DNA of 63,247 nt, filler included, from Octopus bimaculoides (lineage: Eukaryota): the NCBI RefSeq assembly GCF_001194135.2. It is 7 parts of 7 records of this genome, joined end to end, with 100 filler letters (N's around TTAATTAATTAA, not from the genome) between each part and the next. Parts side by side here need not be neighbours in the genome. Positions count along the whole stretch, not along the records: positions 1 to 22,006 come from NC_068988.1; 6 more parts are not named here. One strand, 5' to 3'. Shown here piece after piece: positions 1 to 14,216 of the stretch; the first letter of the stretch is position 1, and each line of letters opens with the position of its first letter. The notes beneath the pieces were generated by a model. The model ran no database searches and was not told the DNA's origin. It was given only the letters and a program-made list of their open reading frames with translations. Made by a program: the position numbers and the translations under genes.

Positions 1-1488
1 ATATATATATATATATATATATATATACAGCACAATTATATATATATACAGCACAATTAAAGGTTACAAACCGCATTCAGGGATAGCAAAATCCAATGAA
101 AGTACTGATTAGTTACCTATACATAGAATAGTGAACATTGTATTTAATACTCAACTGCAAGGTAACTATATAAATCATGGTTTATATTTATTTATTACAA
201 TAATTATATGAGGAAAATAGAGAGGTAATTAAATTATTATTTATCAATTAAAATATTGACAAACATCCCTTACGGCTGTTGACATTTTAGACCGGAAAAT
301 TAATTAATTAAATAAAAAATTATTTCAAAGTCGAATCTCTTCAGAGGTAGATAAAGTTATACAAAACAGATGTACAATTTCGGTATGTTGAGTAAACGGC
401 TGCAAACCTTTAACTGATAAAATTTATACATAAAAAAATAATATAAACAAACAGAGACCGTAGAAGGGGAGTAAGGTTGTGTATAAAGAATTGTAAAACA
501 ATATATTCATCTGGAGTGTTTAAGTATAAGAAAGCTCAAGAAGATATAATTGGTAAAAATGTCATATTGTGTTACTATGTGCATTCTTATTAAATCAATA
601 TAAAATTAATATGTAGAGTGTGTATAGTTACTAATATTTAGTTAAGGTTCAAGACATTCAAGCAATATTTTATTTATCATAAATATCGAAATAGTTAAAA
701 GAGCCATATGAATTTTAACTTCATGTTAGGGTACATAAAAATTATAGATAAAATATGAATAAAGTAAAGTAGATAAATAAAAAAATATAGAGAGTAAAGA
801 GTAAAAATCGAGAGAGAAAAATAAATAAATGAATAAAGAATTATAATTTATTACCTTTCCCCGCTTAAAAAAAAATTATTATTCAGCTACACTAATAAAG
901 ATAAAGCACTGTTGGACAAAAGTGAATTTTAATATTTCAGATGTGCAGCATTCGTATAGTGAAATACCGGATATAAATATGTTAAGTTGCTAATGTACGG
1001 AGATATGGTATTTAACATAAATAATAAATACAAAAATAGGAATTATAGGGGATAAAAAAAATGCAAATAAAAGTGATAATAAGGGCTTAAATATGGGTCA
1101 AGTTAACAAAGTTAAATTAAACTTTATTAATAAAAATATTTCAATAGTTAAATATATAAATAGTTAAATATGAATTCCTCAAAACCGGAAATAGGTATTC
1201 ATATAGAGGTGAACGGCTGAAGAAAATCTAGGAATGATGTAATTTAGAAACATGCCGAAGCGAAAACAGGTAGAAGTAAATAATTGTTATTTACAGTGAG
1301 TTAGGAAATAGCTATAGGTTTCATTCGTATAGTACAGTTAATTTGATATAGAGACGAGCTTACGAAAAACTAGTTATGAACTAAATTAAGGATATACACA
1401 AAATACGAAACGGTGAATGCAAATGTTCATGTAAATGGATAAAAAGCTTAAAAATTAGTATACACATGATGATAGACATGCTTTTAAA

Positions 1489-1920
<432 letters not shown>

Positions 1921-2867
1921 AAGAGTGAGATGGGTAGAGATACATAGACAATTAGATATAGATATATAAGTATATCCATACATATACACTCATACATATA
2001 TAACAATGTATGTATATATGTATGTATCTATGTAATTATGTACGTATATAGTGAGTTTTAATGAAGCCTTATCGCAATGAGAATGAGAAATAAAAGGGAA
2101 TAAAATATGGTATGGTATTGCCAATAAATAAGAGATAAAGATGTAGTCATATCTAAAATTCAATTTCTGATATGCCAATATTTCGGCATAAAAAATCCTT
2201 TGTACGGGTATTGTACGTAAAGTTATCTGAGTCATTTCGCAGCCAGGTCGATCTGTCTTCTGAAAAAAAAAAAAAATTTTTTTTCGTATCATTTTAAGGA
2301 CAGAGCAGCGTTGTATACTGGTCAAGCAGACGTTTAAACACTGTCAAAACCATATCGTGGTTTACATATTAAGGAATATATAGTGTTAGATACGAGTCGA
2401 CCTGCAGATAATATAGTACAATCTGAATATGTGGGCTGTTTGTGGTGTGTGCGGTGTGTAAATGAAGGAGAGACGCGAGTAGCAGTGTCGTGTCCAGAAG
2501 CAAAGTAAATTGTCATTTACACCACATTGTAAAAACAGCGTTCTGCAGAGATCTCTTCGGGTACTACAAGTCATCTCTTCCACACAGTGTTAAAAACAAC
2601 TACATTCAAAATGAATTCACCTCCATTCGCCACAATTGCTGCGATACAACTGCCTGAGTCATCCACACTGCTCAATTCCGTAAGATCCTGTATCGTAAGA
2701 GAAGCCCTGTTTTGCTCAACCTCTTGTAAACGACAAAAGCAGAACACGCAACAATTATACAATAATACATGCTCGGAGTGCTAGATGCTAGATGCGTGCG
2801 TGAATACGTTGTCAATCAGATATAATGAAATGAGTTTGGAAAGCACTTGCTCAAACAAAATCTATAC

Positions 2868-3222
2868 CCGTGGTTCTCAACCAGGATCCATATAGCCCCT
2901 GAGGGTCCATATGAATTTTTTGGGGGGGTCCACCTAACAAAATAATAGATTGGTGACCCACATTAGTAGTTTAATTGCCCCTGAAAAAAAAATTGATTTA
3001 GATGTGTGCATTACTATATATTGCAAGAAACAGCTAGGTTTCTTGCTACAACATTTTTACATAGTTCAACCTACACAATTTAATGATTGAAAAATAAAAT
3101 AGGAATTTTGAAAGAAGTTTCTATAAAACTAGTCTTTGAATATCGAATGGTTATAGGGGTCTACCGGAATGAAATTGTATTCAGACTGGTCCATAGATGA
3201 AAAATGGTTCGGAACACATCTG
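2868..3222. mobile_element. Non-autonomous hAT (Charlie-like) MITE
   Basis: Degenerate TIRs ccgtggttctcaacc / ggttcggaacacatctg (consensus CAGTGGTTCTCAACC). Flanks atctatac / gtctagat resemble the NTCTAGAN target preference. Confidence 0.6.
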
Positions 3223-3691
3223 TCTAGATTCTAGACAGATGCCACAACTACGAAATACCGTGACATCGGAAACATGAGAAGTAAGGAAACCATTATTAAA
3301 AGGAATTTTACATCCGTAATGTATACAGGAAAGAAATCATCGGCCCCACCACCACTAGCAGCAAGTCACGGTTTCCTTATATGATACTACCTTGCAACCA
3401 TCTCCCACCTGAACATAATACACGCCCTGCTTACTGACTTTACCAAATTTATTATTCTTTTCAATCGTTTCTAATAATTTCTGATAAATTGATTAACTTC
3501 CAGTTTGCTTATGACATTTCTACTTATTCTTATTTCTATTACCTTTCATTCTATTTTTCGTTCACTTGCATTATTGTTTAACTACTGTTATATTCTGAGC
3601 AGTAGTTATGGATGAATACTACACGCGGGCTTCTTCCTCACGAAATTACTCGAACCCACACATTCGAGCACGCATGCAGGAATATATACAT

Positions 3692-3770
<79 letters not shown>

Positions 3771-3920
3771 CGCACACAAAAGCATACGCACACATGCTCA
3801 CAATTATATGTACGTTTGGATGTATTTATGTATGTATGTATGTATGCATGCATGTATGTATGTATGTATGTGTGTATGCATGTATGTATGTATGTATGTA
3901 TGTCTGTATGCAAGTATGTA

Positions 3921-4325
3921 ACTAGGCAGGCGTGACTGTGTGTGGTAGGAAGTTTGCTTTCCAGCCACAAAGTTACAGGTTGAGTCCCACTGCCGGCTAC
4001 CTTGGGCAAGTGTCTTCATATATAACCTCTGAACGAACAGAGCTTTGCACGGGGATTTGGTAGACAGAAACTGAAAGAAGCACATGGGTGTGTCTAGATA
4101 GATAGATACATACATACATACATACATAAATTATATGTGTACTTGTCTTTGAGTTTGTGTTTGTCCCCCAGCCCCAACCCCACTTGACAACAACAGTTTC
4201 ACAAGAGCCAATAGAATAAGCACTAGGCTTTACAAAATACGTACTGGGGTCGATTCGTTAGACCTATATTCTTCAAATTCGTCACGGCTGTGTCCCAGGA
4301 ATGCCACAGTCTAATGAATGAGAGA
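3921..4325 (+). mobile_element. tRNA-derived SINE, family A (CORE-like ccttgggcaagtgtctt, central microsatellite)
   Basis: Head gtgactgtgtgtggtaggaagtttgc..ggttgagtcccactg; body gatttggtagacagaaactgaaagaagc; ctggggtcgattcg. Many copies in the window. Confidence 0.8.
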
Positions 4326-5028
4326 TATAAAAATAATGATACACTGTGATTCCCCTATTTTACCCACCTACACAGCATACCCATAGTACCTAGTCACTCT
4401 CGCACTGTCCCTATCTGACCAGTTGACCAATGGCTGGCATTCTCCACAGATTATGATTAAAAGAAAAACCCGAATATGCCAGTAGACAGTGCTTGACTGC
4501 CGTTTGAACTGTATACGAAAGTGCTATGCTATAAAATGATACTGAAAACTATTTTCTATCAGACAAAACAACGCTCTCGCTATCAACAAACTGGAAGAAG
4601 TGGTTTCACGATAGCCAATGAAGAAATTTAATTTTTTTCATCTCCAACTGTAGGCTTATTGAAGATGGAATTTTAGATATATCTAAGTCTTTGTTATTTA
4701 NNNNNNNNNNNNNNNNNNNNNNNNNNNNNNNNNNNNNNNNNNNNNNNNNNNNNNNNNNNNNNNNNNNNNNNNNNNNNNNNNNNNNNNNNNNNNNNNNNNN
4801 NNNNNNNNNNNNNNNNNNNNNNNNNNNNNNNNNNNNNNNNNNNNNNNNNNNNNNNNNNNNNNNNNNNNNNNNNNNNNNNNNNNNNNNNNNNNNNNNNNNN
4901 NNNNNNNNNNNNNNNNNNNNNNNNNNNNNNNNNNNNNNNNNNNNNNNNNNNNNNNNNNNNNTACTGCTGACAAATCACAATGCTGCAAAGTAATTTTTAA
5001 CCTTTCACACGCATACATATCTATCTAG

Positions 5029-5063
<35 letters not shown>

Positions 5064-5240
5064 CCTCTCTCTCTCTCTCCCTCTCGCTCTCTTTGTCTCT
5101 CTCTCTCTCTCTGTGCGCGCGCGTTTTATGTATGTATATGTATATATATAAGAGACCATAATGTGCGTACGCCGCTATACTTTTCTACATAAAACATACA
5201 CATATGAGACAAGAAATCAAAACATCCAGACAGTTAGTTG

Positions 5241-5791
5241 ATACAAAAAAGGGACAACAAAACATCCAGACAGACGATTCAAAGTAAACAAGGACGGGTC
5301 ATTCGGAGTTTTCGTTCCACAGTCGAGTTCCAGATTATCTTTGCAATTTCGGCTGGCTATACTCGAGATAGCTTCAATATGGCCAGCCCCAAGGAAAACT
5401 AAGCTAAGGGCATTAGATTCCTTGGAAGAAAGCAGCGAATGTATACGAAGACAAGGATGGAAAAAAAACCGGAGAAATGTTACACAAATACAAATGCAAA
5501 TCACAGGACATAACAACGGGTGTCTTTCGACTAAGGACGAATCGTGTAACGTTTCTCCATTTTTTCGTCCTAGTTTTCGCATACATTCGCTGCTCTCTTC
5601 CAAGGAATCTAATGCTCTTAGCTTATTTTTTCCTTGGGGCTGGTTAGATTGGAGCAATCTCGATATATAACAAGCCGAAATTGCAAAGGTAATCTCGAAC
5701 TCGACTGAAGAAAGAAAACTCCGAATGACCCGTCCTTGTTTTTTTTGAATCGTCTGTCTGGATGCTTTGCGTTCTTCTCCCATTTTTGTAT
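5241..5791. repeat. Foldback/MITE-like inverted repeat, ~245-bp arms, 58-bp spacer
   Basis: 5241-5485 is the reverse complement of 5544-5791 (e.g. gcattagattccttggaagaaagcagcgaatgtat / atacattcgctgctctcttccaaggaatctaatgc). Confidence 0.9.
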
Positions 5792-7687
5792 TTTTTATAT
5801 GTGTGTGTGTGTGTGTATATTAATATACGTATGTGTGCATGTGTGTGTACGTGTGTGCGTGCACGCGCCCGCTGACAGGCATATGNNNNNNNNNNNNNNN
5901 NNNNNNNNNNNNNNNNNNNNNNNNNNNNNNNNNNNNNNNNNNNNNNNNNNNNNNNNNNNNNNNNNNNNNNNNNNNNNNNNNNNNNNNNNNNNNNNNNNNN
6001 NNNNNNNNNNNNNNNNNNNNNNNNNNNNNNNNNNNNNNNNNNNNNNNNNNNNNNNNNNNNNNNNNNNNNNNNNNNNNNNNNNNNNNNNNNNNNNNNNNNN
6101 NNNNNNNNNNNNNNNNNNNNNNNNNNNNNNNNNNNNNNNNNNNNNNNNNNNNNNNNNNNNNNNNNNNNNNNNNNNNNNNNNNNNNNNNNNNNNNNNNNNN
6201 NNNNNNNNNNNNNNNNNNNNNNNNNNNNNNNNNNNNNNNNNNNNNNNNNNNNNNNNNNNNNNNNNNNNNNNNNNNNNNNNNNNNNNNNNNNNNNNNNNNN
6301 NNNNNNNNNNNNNNNNNNNNNNNNNNNNNNNNNNNNNNNNNNNNNNNNNNNNNNNNNNNNNNNNNNNNNNNNNNNNNNNNNNNNNNNNNNNNNNNNNNNN
6401 NNNNNNNNNNNNNNNNNNNNNNNNNNNNNNNNNNNNNNNNNNNNNNNNNNNNNNNNNNNNNNNNNNNNNNNNNNNNNNNNNNNNNNNNNNNNNNNNNNNN
6501 NNNNNNNNNNNNNNNNNNNNNNNNNNNNNNNNNNNNNNNNNNNNNNNNNNNNNNNNNNNNNNNNNNNNNNNNNNNNNNNNNNNNNNNNNNNNNNNNNNNN
6601 NNNNNNNNNNGGGGGGGGGTTATAGAAAAAGAAATTTGAACTGAGTGAACCACAAACTTAAACTGATATCCCACAATGCATCTTATCAGTCGTTCTATTC
6701 ATTCTGTCAGTTCATCCATCGACTTGCACGTTTATTTTATTTATTGACCTAGAAAAAGTGTGTGAAAAACAAATCTGACCTTACTGAAATTTGAATTTAG
6801 AACGCAGAGAGGCGGTACTCATACTGCAAGATTTTCTCTCTAGCGCTCGATTCGTCGCTGGAGCGCTATGTGCACATTTGATATCTACATTATTTTTGTG
6901 TTTATTGTTTGCTGCAATAACTATGTAATGCCTGTATAATCTGTATGAAGCACTCAAATACTACTCATATATATTTATATAGGAAGCAGTGATATTTATA
7001 TAAGTGCTGCGTTAACGATTTGTCTTGCTTAAAACCAAGCTAGCTTTAATTAGACTAGACGTACATCAGCATACCAAAACTACCTCTGCTGTGCTTTTAT
7101 TATATCTAAAATATCTTCGTTGCATTTATGCTTATCTATTTAAGTGTAAGTAAAATGTTGAATATAAGTATTTAAGAAAGTGTTTAGCTCTAAATTCTCA
7201 GCAGAAGTTCTTGCTATAGATATGAATACTTGAAAATTTGTATTTTCCCTTCTACTAATGTGCATTCACAATGCCTATACTTAAAATAAAATGAAACAAA
7301 ATATAATAAAATAAATATGAACAACTTATTCAACAGCAGGAAATGCTTAGACATGTTTATGGCAAAATCACATTTTTTTCAAAAATAATTAAATCTAATT
7401 AAGTATGATTATTAAAAATTAAAAAAAAAAAAATGTCTCAGAACTCTAAAAGAAAATTAGTTGAAAGAAAACGGTTAATTTTCTTGTATTTAAATACAGA
7501 AAAAGAATATCGTAATTAAAAAGTATTAAATGAAAGAAGAAACAATTAAAAAAAGATAGAAATACAAAAGCATTTTAATTTAGATAAAATGGGAGAGGAA
7601 AAACTTTAATCAATCACTTGAATAATGAACTAATATCATAATTAGACGTGGTTTGTTTTGAAATAATATTTCGTTCATCACTGTGCT

Positions 7688-8008
7688 CGTCGTCGTCGTC
7701 GTCGTCGTCAACGACACCATCATAATAATCAGCATCATCTTTGTAATAACGATAATCGTTGTCCTCCTCAAGATTCTAAGCCACATCAGTATCAAGATTA
7801 ACATCATATTCTTCTTCTTCATCGTCATCATCATCCTCATCATCATCATCATTATTATCCTTGTCTCCATTATCATTAACGTCACCAGCAACAATATTAC
7901 CAGCGTCACCAGTACCATCACTACCACATTCATCATGATCTTCATTATTTTCAAATTTCTATTTTCCACCCGAACAATTTCATTTGTCCACATTATAAAC
8001 CCTTCCTA

Positions 8009-8081
<73 letters not shown>

Positions 8082-8083
8082 GA
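7688..8083. repeat. Trinucleotide low-complexity tract ending in (ACT)n
   Basis: Direct reading. Confidence 0.9.
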
Positions 8084-8169
8084 TGGTGTTGTTGGTTCTT
8101 ATTGTTCCGAGATTCAGCCAGAGATGATTTCGTGTAACAGCAAGTTAGACGTTTGACTATGGCTAGTAT

Positions 8170-8760
8170 TTATGATTAGCAATGACATACTGTACGGGAA
8201 GAAGGCCAAGATCTGAGAACTGAGAATCTGTTATGTTTGTAATATTTCGTTTATGAAACTAGTTACTTTAAGCCATGTTTTTCTTATGATGTGAGAAGTA
8301 TCCATTTTTTGTAGTTCTGATGCCATGGAATATAACGGAATTGTCCCATAATGTTTAAGAGCGCCTCTTTGTTATTATCTCCAAATCTCCAATGATCACA
8401 TGTACAGTTGTTGCATTTTAAAGCTCTATTTCAGGGTCCTATTTTTAGCAGATTTGAAGTTGGCTGGGAATAACGTATCTATCAGCAGATATATTTGGTT
8501 AACATGATTGGATTATGTAGTACAATCATTTTGGTTGTTAAAGTCCCAAATTGGCAGGCTTATGTTTCCACCAGTCCGTTTATATATGGGACTCCAGACT
8601 TAGCGCATATGATCCAGCGCAAATACTGTCCAAGACCACCCTGGCCACTAATATATTCCTTTCAGGCTTATGTAGAGCTTTCAAAGATGAGATTGTCAAT
8701 TGTTTCACTGACTGCGTCAAAAAGGCGGCTACCAGGATTAAAGGTAGGTTAGGGCAAAAA
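8170..8760 (-). mobile_element. Possible very decayed non-LTR retrotransposon C-terminal (zinc-knuckle) region
   Basis: Stop-ridden frame GQGGLG..RWIICAKSGVPYING..RYSQPTSNLLKIG..KCNNC..KEALLNIMGQ resembles post-RT/CCHC regions; weak. Confidence 0.3.
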
Positions 8761-11154
8761 ATTTAATATACCGATGTAAGATTACGTCAGAAATTTCCTA
8801 CTTCTATATCGGTGCGTGCTCCACGAACTTCAAATCGAGGCTTGCAAACCATTTAAAATATTTTAAGGATAAGTTTAAAATGCATGACACCAGCTTGAGC
8901 TCGTTTGTCTGGTCCAATAAGGATAGAAACTCTTGCTTTAGTATAGAATTGGAAAAAAATAGCATGGCTGTACCTTATACAAAAGGAAGAAAAAGAGATG
9001 AAAATTTAGAACAAGTCTTAAGATATCGGGATGTATATATATATANNNNNNNNNNNNNNNNNNNNNNNNNNNNNNNNNNNNNNNNNNNNNNNNNNNNNNN
9101 NNNNNNNNNNNNNNNNNNNNNNNNNNNNNNNNNNNNNNNNNNNNNNNNNNNNNNNNNNNNNNNNNNNNNNNNNNNNNNNNNNNNNNNNNNNNNNNNNNNN
9201 NNNNNNNNNNNNNNNNNNNNNNNNNNNNNNNNNNNNNNNNNNNNNNNNNNNNNNNNNNNNNNNNNNNNNNNNNNNNNNNNNNNNNNNNNNNNATATATAT
9301 ATATATATATATATATAGTTATCAGAAAAATACAAGACGAAGAAATTTTACTTATTGGTGAAGTTGTCTGTACTGGAAGAAATTTGGGAAGAGGACCGCC
9401 ATAGAAAACTTCCAGAAATATTTCCAGCTTGAGGTACACTTCGTAGACGCGGTAGTTCCGCCAGACAAGTTTACTTCATCTCGACGAATTGACGAAGCTG
9501 ATCTGCGTGCACCAATTCACTTTGAGAACTTGAAAATCAACTGCTTTATTGCATTGTTGAGTTTTGTGATTCGTATCACGTGTCGTATAGGACGCATCTC
9601 GAGAGCGAGCCAAGCCCCCTCGGATTAGTTAATCTTACACTTATTTTTAATTCTTTTACAAAATAAAGTACGAGTTTTAATTAATATTTACTTATAAAAT
9701 TTGAGATGGAAGATCCTTATATTCAACGCAAAATATCTTTGTTTTTGTAACGTAACCCCAGAATCAAAGGGAAAAAAACTAATTAGATTAAAAACAAGCA
9801 CACAATTTCATGCAGAGAATGTGATACTTATGCTTGCGCTGATTATTAGGAGTATGGTCACTGCAAGCATTTCATCAATAAAAGCAACACGTTCTTACAT
9901 GTTAATCAAACGAAGAGCATTACATTTGTCTTATTTTTTAAAGACACTTATTTAAGGGGAAATCCAGCTTGATCTTGAGCAAACGCAATTTAAAGCATAC
10001 AAAACTTGGACATGGTGCATTTTGATGAAAGAATACCTCACGACAGCATTATTCTGCACAAAGAAGTGCGTATCTGACTGAAACACTGATTCTCACGTAA
10101 AGAAAAGACAGATGATCTACTAAGCATTGTGAAAGCACAGTGTAATAAATGCGAGTTTCACCGGAAAAATGTACGGATGATGATATTACCTTCTGAATCG
10201 TAGTTGCTTTCTTAGCAAAATACGCGAAAGTGCTCATCGCTGACGTAATATTAATCGATGTTAACTCATTAGGTCGTCATGTCTCCCAAATTAGCACAAA
10301 ATCTTCGCGGATTTATGTCTTGTTGCGGCGGGAGATGGAGTTCTGTAAAAGGTAAACAGACTTCATTCAGTGTTGAAATCATTGCTGTTACACATTCGAC
10401 AATTGAAAAATAAAAAGAATGTGTATCAGTGCAGTACGAGGAGATAATAGATAATGACACTATGACCTACAGGCTGTAACTCCAGAAGCATCAAAAGTAA
10501 CTTCTCATCTGCGGTTTCCAGAACGGATCAGGAAATCGTGTGACAGCACTCCTAAATTAATCAACTACGCTCCACATCCCCTGCTGGTAATGAAACAGAA
10601 TCGAGAAATAGCTGTAAAAGAGTGTGTAAAGCGATGAATTGAGCAACCGGATAAAAGAAGTCAGACACAAAGAAAGGAACGCAAAACCTATTAGAAGGTC
10701 TCTATATTCCATGGTCTTCGCCGTTATGAATTTCACGGATCAACTTAGAAGTGAAGAACTGATTTGACTACTAAACTATTAATACATATATCTACTACGT
10801 AGGTACAGAAAGGAGAAAAATAAAAGCTGGTCATTGATTAGTTTGTATTTGTAAAAATTATTTTGTATTCAAAACATTTCTGTTTTTAGCTGGATAAATT
10901 TCAGATTTAAATTCCTGAAAGCAAGTAGCATTGTTCACGCCCAAAAGATTTTCAAAGAAAAAAATTATGGTGAATAGAGAAAATATAAACAAATATTGTA
11001 AAACATGACGGGAAAAAATTATGTAAAACAAATGCAATTACAAACAGAAAAAACAAATATGCACTCTTCGGAACATACAGAGAAAAATACTATTAAAATC
11101 ATGGGTACTGTAAACATATATACTAGCGATATTTATAAAGCGTACAATTTCTCG

Positions 11155-11362
11155 ATAGCTTCGTCAGTCACTGGACTACGTCCATGCTGGGGCACCGCCT
11201 TCAAAAGTTTGGTGGGACAAATCGAGCCTAGTATTTATTTTTTTTAATGTGTGGTACTAACTCTATTGGTTTGATTTTTCCGAACAGCTAAGTTACGGGA
11301 GTGAGACAGTCCAATACCGGACAAACACAGAGAGGTTCACACATATACATATAATATACCTA

Positions 11363-11413
<51 letters not shown>

Positions 11414-12026
11414 ATCTATATCTATCTATCTATCTATATATATATATATATATATATANNNNNNNNNNNNNNNNNNNNNNNNNNNNNNNNNNNNNNNNNN
11501 NNNNNNNNNNNNNNNNNNNNNNNNNNNNNNNNNNNNNNNNNNNNNNNNNNNNNNNNNNNNNNNNNNNNNNNNNNNNNNNNNNNNNNNNNNNNNNNNNNNN
11601 NNNNNNNNNNNNNNNNNNNNNNNNNNNNNNNNNNNNNNNNNNNNNNNNNNNNNNNNNNNNNNNNNNNNNNNNNNNNNNNNNNNNNNNNNNNNNNNNNNNN
11701 NNNNNNNNNNNNNNNNNNNNNNNNNNNNNNNNNNNNNNNNNNNNNNNNNNNNNNNNNNNNNNNNNNNNNNNNNNNNNNNNNNNNNNNNNNNNNNNNNNNN
11801 NNNNNNNNNNNNNNNNNNNNNNNNNNNNNNNNNNNNNNNNNNNNNNNNNNNNNNNNNNNNNNNNNNNNNNNNNNNNNNNNNNNNNNNNNNNNNNNNNNNN
11901 NNNNNNNNNNNNNNNNNNNNNNNNNNNNNNNNNNNNNNNNNNNNNNNNNNNNNNNNNNNNNNNNNNNTATATGTACGTTTATATATATAGGTAGATAGTT
12001 AGATATGGACATACACACACACACAC

Positions 12027-12069
<43 letters not shown>

Positions 12070-12230
12070 CGATGGGCTATTTTTTCGTTGTCGACAACCA
12101 AATCCACTTACAATGCTTTCATCAGCACGGGACTCTTATAAAAGACACTTGCTCGAGATGTCATGCAGTGGGGCCGAACCTGAAATCATGGCGTTGGCAA
12201 GCAAAATACCTAGCACGCAGTCACGCGTGC
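11155..12230 (-). mobile_element. SINE family A spanning a gap, with expanded internal microsatellite
   Basis: 3' half at 11155-11330 (ccatgctggggcaccgcc) and 5' half at 12070-12230 (accaaatccac..gacacttgc..cagtggg), same orientation. Confidence 0.7.
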
Positions 12231-13030
12231 GTCTGTATGCCAACCCTGTGAAAAAGTAATTACGGGAATAATTACCTTGTTTTCTGTCTATCTACCAGAT
12301 CATTGATAAACGAGTAAGGTCCTGTTACTCTGGAAATGTGCAGATTCGTCCAGTGTCCATAAGATAAACAAATAAACGGATTCCTGTGGCGATGTGATTT
12401 CCATATAGCTTTGTGTGCTTAGTCAAAAAAATTAGGTATGAGGCGAGAAGATGAGTCAGCGTCTCTCACACTAGTGTAACGTCTCGTACCACTGGATCAC
12501 ACCTAGGAACATTATTTTCAATTTTGACATATAACATCTAAAAATAAGCAACTTACAAGCGGCTGGACAACCAAAAATGATATTTGTTTCAGTTTGGTTT
12601 GAATAGAATAGACGGATCTAATGACCTCTGTAAATCACGAGTAAATGCCAGAGTCCAAGGAAATCGAAGTAAGACAGAAATATTTTAAGGCTAATTTTGC
12701 TTGACACCATTTTCAAAGTAATATTCATCCCCCACTTAAACGCGGATATTATGTTAGGTATATTAGATGTTCTTCATATTGCTGGCGGGAAGTCGAGTCG
12801 CTGCTATATCCGGCGGACGATATACATAAATATACCGAGTCACTTTTAAAGTGACACACAGTCACTGATCTCCTAAAGAGGGAAACAATTAATTTGAAAT
12901 CTCTGAGCGAGAAGTAAGTAGTGACAGTACTACAGAATAAAATCCATTTGCCAACGTAAATTGGCAGTCCTGATTAGGACGATGTTACTACCTATTTTAA
13001 TCCCAGGAAAACATCTTTGCGAGCTGGTTA

Positions 13031-13421
13031 CCGGCGTACAACTGCATCCTTATTCCACTCAGTTTTAAATGGTACCTGTGGACAATGGTTTTTGGGTTAT
13101 CAACTTCATTGACACAGGAAAACTGTTGGCTAGAGATGGCAGCACTAGGCCTTGTTCGAGGTATATACTTTTAAAATGACAAACATTCACTGATTTCGTA
13201 AAGACGAAAACGATTAGTAGCAACAGTACTATAAATTAAAATCTATTTGCCAACGTAAAGTATATACCTCGAACAAGGCCTAGTGCTACTTCTCTAGCCA
13301 ATGGTTATCCTGTGCCGATGAAGCGAAATAACCCAGTAACTATGGTACGCAGGTACCGTTTAAGGCTGATTGGGGACAGTAGCTCCCTTGTTCGAGGTGT
13401 ACAGACGCAGTTGTGCGTCGG
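13031..13421. repeat. Inverted repeat, ~140-bp arms, with rearranged spacer
   Basis: agcactaggccttgttcgaggtatatacttt / aaagtatatacctcgaacaaggcctagtgct; outer ends ccggcgtacaactgcatc / gacgcagttgtgcgtcgg. Confidence 0.85.
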
Positions 13422-13676
13422 TAGTACACTTTTACTCTGTTGTACTCTTACTACTTAATTCTGTCTCAGAGATTTAAAACTAATAGCTTTTCTCTTTGAT
13501 ATATAACTTTACAATGTATATATCGTAAAATAACTGAAGTACCGGAGATGATGTAATCATTTTGTTCTTTCAACGTAAATGTGAAGTCACGCGACTAAGC
13601 TAAAACAAATTAAGATAGCTATGAAGTTGATGGTAGGAAGAGAAGAGGGTGGTACTGTAGGAAACTAATGGAATTT

Positions 13677-13880
13677 GACGATGACGATAATGATGATGAT
13701 GAGGAGACAATGATTACTGCCATCACAATAACGACGCCGAAGACGATGATGATAATAATAATGGAGATAAGAGCTGAAGGATTAACAATGACGACGGTGA
13801 TGATGGTAACGATGATGATGACGATGATGACGATGATGATGACGATGATGACAATGATGACGATAACAATGGTGATGGTG
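13677..13880. repeat. (GAT/GAC)n low-complexity tract
   Basis: Direct reading. Confidence 0.9.
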
Positions 13881-14161
13881 AAACTGACTGATGTGTCTTT
13901 ATCGTTGTTATTCAATGATTTTTCTACAAGAAAAATATTAATAAACTAAAAAAAAAAAAAGAAAAAGCCGTATCTAATTAATAATTGTCTTAAGCCACAA
14001 TGTATAATTAGAAAAATACTCCCTTATACAATTCTTCACCCTCATTCTCTCATTTCACCCACCCAACTCTCTGGCTTTCTCGTATGACTTCTCTCTCTTT
14101 TATCCTTTATAACTGTTCGTCTACTTGTTTTTTAGGTTTTTTCTTTTTCCTCTATTTCAAC

Positions 14162-14216
<55 letters not shown>

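Noticed and set aside
1-1380. AT-rich block with a faint resemblance to a Penelope GIY-YIG/3' region on the minus strand
   Set aside because: Only a weak VH*Q..C..KF pattern with many stops; cannot be supported without a search.
2330-2800. More GC/CpG-rich unique stretch with short ORFs (..AIVANGGEF resembles a mariner C-terminus)
   Set aside because: No catalytic motif, TIR or consistent splice frame.
4691-6674. Long poly-X ORFs over N-gaps (all such entries)
   Set aside because: Unknown bases read through; no coding evidence.
7610-8156. Poly-Ile/Thr/Met/Ser ORFs (also 13619-14700, 18124-18749, 60623-61081)
   Set aside because: Trinucleotide low-complexity repeats, open on both strands.
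12276-12329. 54-bp phase 2-2 candidate exon (VTGPYSFINDLVDRQKT), phase-compatible with the chitin-binding exon 3 donor
   Set aside because: No CBM14 similarity, 26 kb and two assembly joins away; splice-like sites of this quality arise by chance.
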